From the NCBI GenBank assembly GCA_951406725.2, contig OX597826.1, positions 12,896,001-12,960,000 on the forward strand: a stretch of DNA of 64,000 nt, written 5' to 3'. This stretch comes from Octopus vulgaris (taxonomy: Eukaryota). A model generated the notes under the pieces. That model had not been told where the DNA came from, did not search any database, and saw only the letters and a list, made by a program, of their open reading frames with translations. Shown here in pieces: positions 55,058 to 64,000 of the stretch. Position 1 is the first letter of the stretch. Each line of letters starts with the position of its first letter. The translations under genes and the position numbers were made by a program.

Positions 55058-56944
55058 ACGATGGGCTTCTCACACTTTCCAACTGCAAGGCATAGATTGG
55101 ATCGAGGTGGAAGGATTACAGTAGAAGATGCTTGCCCAAGGTGCCGATCGGTAAGACTGAACCCGAAATCACATGGTTGCAAAGAGAAATTCTTAACCAC
55201 ATACAACCATGTCTCGCTGGAACAGCCATGGCTGGAATTCAATAATAGAACTGCTCGCTTATGATTGGCTTGAGACAAAACACCAGTCTATCCACCATAA
55301 TCAATGCCATCTACCAACGCCAGTACTATCAACAGCACTACCTCCGCGTCCCCACCACTAGTACTACCTCCATCACTGCAATCAACTCTAAATACTACAC
55401 GCTCGTTACATCTACTGCTACCACCACAACAGACACTACAACCAATAAACAAGAGGCCCTTGACATAATCGCTTGAAATACCATAAAAAACAACGAAATC
55501 TCCCTCAAATCACTCACCAGCATACGTTGGCTAATGCGGTCCTTGGTTTCCTGAACGTAGAAAAGAGCAAGTCCCGTCGGAAAGGGCTGGGTGCAACCGG
55601 AATACCTTTGATCATAAGGACAGTCCCATAGAAAACGGATGCTTCAATGCTCTTGATCATTAAAGGTGACCTGGGCCTATAAATCAACAGTAGCAACAAC
55701 CATCATTAAGATCCAGTATCATCATAGTTCTAGGAACAAACATTTTCGGACTGTTTTTGTTCCGTTTAGTCAGGGATGGGGAGGAACAAAGCGGTGACCC
55801 TTTACTTCTTTTAGGGCCTTTGAGTTTAGTGAGAGAAGTGGAGGTCTGAACTGAAAGCCTGCGAATGAGGAAACTCGACTAAAGGACCCTAAGACCAATT
55901 GGTGCTGGTGGTGATAGTAATGTTCAACTGGTTGACAGATTGTCTGTCACCCAAGAACTCAGAACTCCAAGAGTCGGAATAATTACTGCAAATAAAGCCT
56001 CCGATTGAAATTTTCCGGGCGGGACAAAAATACTTTCGGAGACTTGGGTGGAAGTCCTTTTAAAATTCAAGAATAGAGAGGGGTTTTTTTTTCCTTTTAG
56101 GAAAAAAAAAATACATCAGATACTCCTGAGCCCTTCTTTAGCTTTTCGTCCCCAGGCCTTTGTACCGGCTGAATCCTCCGTCTATAATTTTTTACAGGAC
56201 GTTATCCCACCAGACACTCTAACAATTCCGTCAATCCACCACTTTTGAGGGGCCTCTAAATTTTATCGACTCTGAAAGAATGAAAGGTCACGTTGACTTG
56301 GGTGTGATTTGAACTCTGAATGCACAGAACCTGAACAAACACCACAAGATCTTCTGCTCTAATAACTCTTTTGTTACTATATCTGCCAATGATCAAGCAG
56401 GCAATTCTCCAGCATCCTTGTCACAACATTACCTTTTATCAATGTTAATTGTGATTCGTGTGCGTCGATCCATTAAAAATTATTACTATTTTTTTTTTTG
56501 CGAAGTGGATAGAGATTTTTAAAAATATTTTGAATCGTCTTTCTTGTCCTCAATTGGTTGATTAAAATCTTTGTTCAACAATGTGTACCTTCTCTCAATG
56601 CGTTTATTAAACTCGAGTAAATAAATTTATCGTACAAACTACATTAAGAGTGATGTGTTGGCACTTCTTATTTCACTGTAATAATTCATCAAAGCCAACG
56701 TGTGGTTTCCGTATATATTTTACAATAAGTTTTCTACCAATCTGCACCAGTACCATTACAGCCAATTCTATGACACCCACCACCACCACTACCATCAACA
56801 TCATCATCATCATCACTACTATAAAATTCACACCACCACCACCACCACCACCACGGCAACACCTTCTATATTGCCGCCAACAAACAAGTTTATTATTACT
56901 ATTACGATACAACTACGAGTGACATAACTTTTTATTATTTCTAT

Positions 56945-57005
56945 CACTACCACCACCGCCATAACCACACTTTTACAACTACAACACTCAACACTGCTGC
57001 TGCTG

Positions 57006-57060
<55 letters not shown>

Positions 57061-57087
57061 AACCACCACCACAACCACCACCACCGT

Positions 57088-57120
<33 letters not shown>

Positions 57121-57293
57121 AACCACCACCACCACCACAACCACCACAACCACTACTACTACTACTACCACCGCCACCACTACCACCACCACTACTACTA
57201 ATACTAATACTACTACCACCACCACCACCACCACAACCACTACTACTACTACTACCACCACCACCACCACCACCACTACTACTACTACAACCC

Positions 57294-57332
<39 letters not shown>
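56945..57332. repeat. Compound (ACT)n/(ACC)n microsatellite
   Basis: Seen directly; source of the poly-V and poly-S/G pseudo-ORFs. Confidence 0.97.
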
Positions 57333-57333
<1 letters not shown>

Positions 57334-57598
57334 GGATCAACAGACATCACTACCATTAAAATATTACGTTAACCACCCGCTATTACAACTACTTACGCCG
57401 CCACCACCGCCGCTGCAAACCTCTATCACCACCAAAGTGTAACGCCACCCTTGAGATTCGTGTGTTAACTGTCCTACCCTGCAACTACTATATTCACGCT
57501 AATCACAAAAAAAACCAAAAAAAAAACCACTCTATCAAACAGCAACAACAACAACAACGAAAATAATGAGAGTACTAGCTTTTGTTACAACCATCTCT

Positions 57599-57668
<70 letters not shown>

Positions 57669-57717
57669 TACATATATATATATATATATATATCTTTTTC
57701 TGTGTATGTGTGTACCT

Positions 57718-57799
<82 letters not shown>

Positions 57800-58391
57800 G
57801 TGTGTGCATGTTGCAGGCCTACACATAATTGCTTGTTTTGAGAGGGTTTTTTTGTAGTTTCCAAGAAAATTCTTGCCATGCGTTTTATCATGAAACAGAG
57901 AAATCTGCTGCATATTTTGATCACTAACTTATTTAAGGTTAAGTGTTTAACTCATCTGCAATCGCTGACCTTTGAAGGGTTACTGTGATTGATCTCATCC
58001 CACTTGATAGTTGGTTTTTTTTATTTTTTTGCTTTTTTGTCTTTTTTTTTTCAAGGTGAAACGGCTTAGTGAAGAATAATGCAGTAATTAGATTGTCTAA
58101 ATATCAATCTATGAGGTGAGGTTTCAATATTGACAAAAAAAAATTTTTGATCGGCCTCGATCCGAAGACTTAGTATCGAATTTTGTTTTCAAACATGCAG
58201 GTACAGGCGTGGCTTTGTGGTAAAAGCTTGCTTCCCAACCACATGGTCTTGGGTTCAGTCCCACTGCTGGGCACCTTGGGTGAGTCTCTTCGCTTATAGC
58301 CTCGGACCAACCAAAGCCTTGTGAGTAGATTTGGTAGACGGAAACTGAAAGAAAACCACTGTGTGTGTGTGTGTGTGTGCGTGCGTGTGTG

Positions 58392-58479
<88 letters not shown>

Positions 58480-59208
58480 TCCCCCTCTGCCGCTAGACAA
58501 TCGGTACTTGTGTGTTCTCGTCCCTTCATCTCAGTGGTTCGGCAAAAAAAGTTCGAAAGAATTACTACCAGGCTTTGTAAAAAATAAGTGCTGGGGTCGA
58601 TTCATTCGATTAAAAAATTCCCCAAGGCAAGGCTCCAGCGTGACCGCAACCCAATAACTGAAGCGAGTAAAAGATAAAAGATGAAAAAAATAAAAGATAA
58701 AGGCGCAGGCTTAATTATGTAGTGAAAAGGTTTGCTTTGCAACCGCGTGGTTTTGAGTTCAGTTCCACTGCACGGCACCTGACCAAGTGCCTTTTACTAT
58801 TGCGCTGGACAGACCAATGACTTGAGAGTGAACCAGCTAAACGGAAATTATATGGAAACCCAACGAGTACATGTGTGTGTGTGAGCTTCAGTATTTGTAT
58901 TTGTTTCCTTCCCACAGCTTGACGACCAATGCTGGTTTGTTTACGTCCCTGTAACATAGCAGTTCGTGAAAAGGGGCCGATAGAATAAGAACCAGACGTT
59001 AAAAAGAAAAAAGCCATAAGTACTTGGGCTGAGGTGTTCGACTCAACCCGTCAAGGTGAGATCTCACTCAGCATGGCCGCAGTCCAGTGAATGAAGTAAA
59101 TAAAAGATCATTTGCAAAATTCATGTCCTTCAAGAGAAATCATCAGGAAGACCTTTACGGCATATCGCTTCTCATTAGAACCTTCTCATGGTGCATTTTA
59201 TATATATA

Positions 59209-59763
59209 CAGGGTGGACCAAAATGATCTGACACATTTGGAGGCTTAATAAAAGCACAAAATAAGAAATAATGAAAAGAAAATTTTTATTTTCTGAATGT
59301 ACATATAATTCCATTTTATTTCATTAAGTTTTAAAAATTAAATCAGCTAAATGCTTCCCATCATTGTCAACACTCTGTTGGAGACGTTCATGAAAGTTAT
59401 CGATAACTCTATGGATCATTTCTTCTGGGATGGTTGCTATTTCTACACAAATAGCACGTTTTAATTCATCAATAGATCGAGGGCGATGACTGAATACTTT
59501 TGATTTTAAATATCTCGACAAGAAGAAATCACATTTCACCATTCCAGAAGAAATTATCCATAGACTTATCGATAACTTTCATGAACGTCTCCAACAGTGT
59601 GTCGACAAGGATGGGAAGCATTTAGCTGATTTAATTTTTTAAACTTAATGAAATAAAATGGCATTATATGTACATTCAGAAAATAATTTTTTTATTTCCA
59701 TTATTTCTTATTTTGTGCTTTTATTAAGCCTCCAAATGTGTCAGATCATTTTGGTCCACCCTG
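59209..59763. mobile_element. Fold-back Tc1/mariner (maT/rosa-like) element built from two 3' ends
   Basis: TA|CAGGGTG...CACCCTG|TA with about 225-bp inverted arms. ORF 59324-59542 CDFFLSRYLKSKVF..PRSIDELK...DGKHL is a transposase C-terminus. Confidence 0.9.
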
Positions 59764-62556
59764 TATATGGTTTATGTACGAAATGGCTGAATAGATAAAG
59801 CATTAAGCAAGGTCATACATGTAATGTGAGCTCAAGTCGGCTGCAGGTGTTTCGTTATATTCTGAATGGGTTACTAAACCTGACGTAATTTAATTCACTA
59901 TAGTGTCGAGGATAAGAAGCAATTTTTTGAGAGAATTATTGCTATTTCTGCTTACTCGAAGAAGGAAAATATTATGGAAATCACTTTAGTATGTCTCAAA
60001 CCCTAGGGATTAAATGTCCTATATGCAAAATGTTCCGAACAAAGTATATGAGAAATGTGATATCAATGCATTTCTCAAGTATATTAGTGTCTCTTGGGCA
60101 TTGGTATACCAAAAGTGTAAGCATCTCAAGGGTATTAGAGTATTAAAATGTCTCCAATTCGAGAATGCTTTCAAAGAGATTTGCCTTCGGTGAAATGCAT
60201 TCGACTGCAACTGAAATCGTCTTACAGTCTCCAAAAGCATCACTTTTACTCATTTGTGTTTAGTTATTAAACAACACAATTATTTGCAGAGGTAGAATGT
60301 AAAATAAGATAAAGAAAATAGATTATAAATTATCAATTAATTATTCATTTATGTTCCAATCACCCGATATTTCAAATGAAATGATATAAAATCAAAAACA
60401 GATACATAAATGAAACTTATAACAATAAAGAAAAATATCGTAAGATTTGTAATGATTAGAAAAAGACGAAATTCTTGAATAAATAATTAAATAGTAAAAT
60501 TATGTTGCAGACGTCTTTTGCAGCTTATATTTGCATACTCCAAATCCGTTCGATCAATAGTACAGTAAAGATTTTCAAAGCTTTACAAAGTTTTTTCCAT
60601 TTTGTTCTACTGGACGTATACACATAGCTAATATATGCATTTATTCATACACTCAGATATTATATGCAAGCACATATAACTAAATCACCGGCGCTGTCTT
60701 CACTCAAACAAGAAATGTGTCGCTTTATTAGTAGCCAACTTTTATTCTGTTAAAAACATTTGTTATTCAAATGTATTACATAGCATCATGAAACAAAAAG
60801 ATCAACAGGAAATATAGTTCCACCGAAACCTCATAAATTTAAATCGTCTCTACTTAACCTGTGAACCAATTTCATAATGAGTTTTCCAGTCAGATTTCAG
60901 CAACTGCAAATGTTACGTGACAGAGTTTGAAACAAAGATGTATAAAACCAAATGCATTAAATGGTATAATACAGAACACCATGGGTGCTTTCTTAGTACC
61001 CCTTTCATACCCGGTTCCTCTGAGACCATACGGGTGTGCTGTGCAGTAGAAAATAATTTATACCTACAAACAAACTATTGCTACGTCTATACCAAAGGAA
61101 CACATTGTTATTTAGCATCTGCTTTTCATTCAAAAGACGTCAATAATTTCTCCTTTTCTAAAAAGGAAGAAGATACAAGATATATTTCTCGGAGACAGGA
61201 ATTCCCCTGATATTCTCCACTGGCTTCAAGCCAATTCTTTACCATTACAACACATATATTCAATGTTTAAACTCACTAACACCACTGAAACCTATAAATA
61301 AAATAAAGTTAACACAAGCTGAGGTCATATTAATCACAACAAGCATTCACTTTGATATTTTGTTCCCTCTCGAGCCACGCCTGGCTCATAAGGGCCGGTT
61401 TCCTGGTTTCCTTGGCGTATAGGTTCTCCACTTGAACAGGACGCCGGTCCGTCGAAGGTGAGCTGCAAGATGCAGGAAGAAAGAGTGAGAGGAAGTTGTG
61501 GCGAAAGAGCCAGTAGAAGTTCGCCATTACCTTCTGCCGGAGCCACGTGGGGCTTAGGTGTTTCGCTCATAAACACACACATCGCCCGGCCTGAGATTCG
61601 AACCCGCGATCCCTCGACCGCGAGACCGCTGCTCTAACCACTAGGCTATGTGCCTCCACATTCACTTTGATGCGTTCAAGGACTATCAAGAAGTGCCCAA
61701 AACAAAAGCTTCTACTTAAGATTTTTCCCTTGATTAATCCAGTTATTGGTAGAGCCATGAATGAAAACCCCTGGATGGTGACATAGAAGGCTGTAACTTC
61801 TACAAATGTTACTGTAAGGTCCATAAATATAATGGCGCAGCTTTGTATTTGCTTCGTGATCTGACGGCAAATCATGATCTTTTCGTCTTGAAACAGTGTA
61901 CTTCTCTATCTCACTATATTGTCTAGTGGTAGACATTTTTTCATTTACTCCCCGACACAGATTTCACGCCATAATTCCATTGGGAATTACTTGGGCCTCA
62001 AGCAGGAATCAATATCGTGTCGCAATGTCACCTTGCCAAGAGCTTACTAACACTATAATGAGATCACGCACACACACAGGAGTGTATATACATTACATTA
62101 CATGCATGCATATATACATATTTCTTTACTACCCACAAGGGGCTAAACATAGAGGGAACAAATAAGAACAGACAAACGGATCAAGTCGATTATATTGACC
62201 CCAGTGCGTAACTGGTACTCATTTAATCGACCCCGAAAGGATGAAAGGTGAAGTCGAAAGTCGACCTCGGCGGAATTTGAACTCAGAACGTAGCGGCAGA
62301 TGAAATACCGCTAAGCATTTCGCCCGGCGTGCTAACGTTTCTGCCAGCTCACCGCCTTATGCATGCATGCATACATACATACATACATACATACATACAT
62401 AATACATACATACATACATAATACATACATACATAATACATACATAATACATACATGCATACATACATACATACATACATACATATTTACATACATACAT
62501 GCATACATACATACATATTTACATACATACATACATACATATTTACATACATAATG

Positions 62557-63808
62557 GGGGAAACGAAATGTGAAGCTCACGAGATACTTTATGTATCCCA
62601 GCAATTATTTTAACCATCTTGCATCGGATACAGAGTATCCCATCTTGCGGACGAGATACTGTATTGCATCTTCCGTTGCAGATTCACCTCACCTGATGTC
62701 ACCCTCAGATTTGATATAAATGTCATTGAATCTACCTTAGGAATTCCGCAGTGATTGTTGAGTTTATGAAAAAATAAGGGAAACGAAAAATGGAGTTCAC
62801 GAGAATCTTTATTCACCACAACGATCGTTTCGACCCATCTTGCATCGGTCCGTTGCGAGTGGGATACTGTACAACAGGTTGTGTCGCATCCTCTGGTGCG
62901 GATACATCTCATCAGGTGTCTTGTGTTAAAGAAGCTGCATCTCTAAATATAATCGGTTACACTTGGCATGTTGTTGTTGCCAGCAGGTTGTTGGCTATAA
63001 TAACCAGGGGTGGATGCAATTTTCGGATTAAAACCGGTTAATGGGTTTGGTTAGAGTTCATAGCGAATACATGACAGAGTAAAGTAATAAAGGATAAAAA
63101 ATAGAAAATGATAAAGGATAAGAATTAAAAGATATAATTAAGAAAGATAAGTATACACGCGTTGACATAAACATATATAGACGTACATACACACACTCAC
63201 ATACATACACATACCCCAATGGACTCGTGGACAGACATACCTACGCTCACGCCGTTGAGCAGATGTCGCTGAATACAGTCACAAACAACTAAGATGGTCG
63301 TATTAGAGAAAAATAAAAGATGATAGCGTGAGTATGTGTAGCCACGAAACCACCGGTGTGTTTATATATGTAAGTCTATGTATGTGTTTATGTCAACACG
63401 TATATACTTATCTTTCTTCATATTATCTTTGAATTCTTATCCTTTGTTATTTTTTTATTTTTATCTTTTATGATTTTATTCTATGCCGTGTATTCACTAT
63501 GAACCATAGCCAGATCCACTAACAGGTTCGAACCCGGATATCATATCTAACCCCTGTCATTATAACCAACAACCTACTGGCAACAACAACATGCCAAGTG
63601 TAACCGAATATATATATATATAAATATATATATGTATATATTGCGAGGTAGCTTCTTTAACATAAGACACCTGAAGAGACACATCTACACCGGAGGATGC
63701 AACACAACCGGTTGCACATTATCCCACCAGCAACGGACCAATGCAAGATGGGCCGAAACTGTCACTGTGGTGATTAAAGATTCTCGTAAACTCCATTTTC
63801 CGTTTCCC
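62557..63808. mobile_element. Penelope-like pLTR cluster (degenerate tandem copy plus an inverted pair)
   Basis: Arms 62778-63189 and 63367-63808 are inverted copies, with a third decayed copy at about 62557-62700. Each arm of the pair has a CTGANGA...GAAAC motif. Confidence 0.6.
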
Positions 63809-64000
63809 GGATCTGTGCGGTTTTCGTCACTGCATGTCGATATCTAAAAAAAAAAAAGATTTTAATGTATCATTGAGATGTAATTTTTGATGCTGAATCC
63901 GAATTTGTTATTCATTTATTCCAGAAAAATTTTGCGAAAATGTTACAGGTGTTCAGAGTTTGATAATTTTCAGCCAATTAGAAAACAGTGCGTTCGTTGC

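Noticed and set aside
60860-61936. Unique-looking ORFs 60917-61210 and 61567-61875
   Set aside because: No recognisable motifs, no consistent exon chain, and the second runs into a SINE.

Overview
AT-rich, microsatellite-saturated animal genomic DNA. The SINE families and repeat density point to an octopus or other coleoid cephalopod (inference). Nearly all ORFs in the supplied track are microsatellite or SINE artefacts. One real protein-coding gene was reconstructed by hand on the minus strand: nine GT-AG exons between 21972 and 369 splice in frame (1875 nt, about 625 codons) into an extracellular NIDO - IPT/TIG - AMOP protein of the mesh/SUSD2 type. It runs off the left edge, and its first coding exon was not found. 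The rest is a mosaic of tRNA-derived SINEs (Deu/Nin-, CORE- and V-domain-like), non-autonomous Helitrons, Tc1/mariner and Merlin-like MITEs, R4/Dong and RTE LINE ends, and Penelope-like relics. Most notable: (1) SINE concatemers that share one exact junction at seven loci, suggesting self-targeting or a circular intermediate; (2) hammerhead-ribozyme-like cores in inverted-repeat cassettes, including two with a 77-nt stem II; (3) long fold-back structures that could be A-to-I editing or small-RNA substrates.
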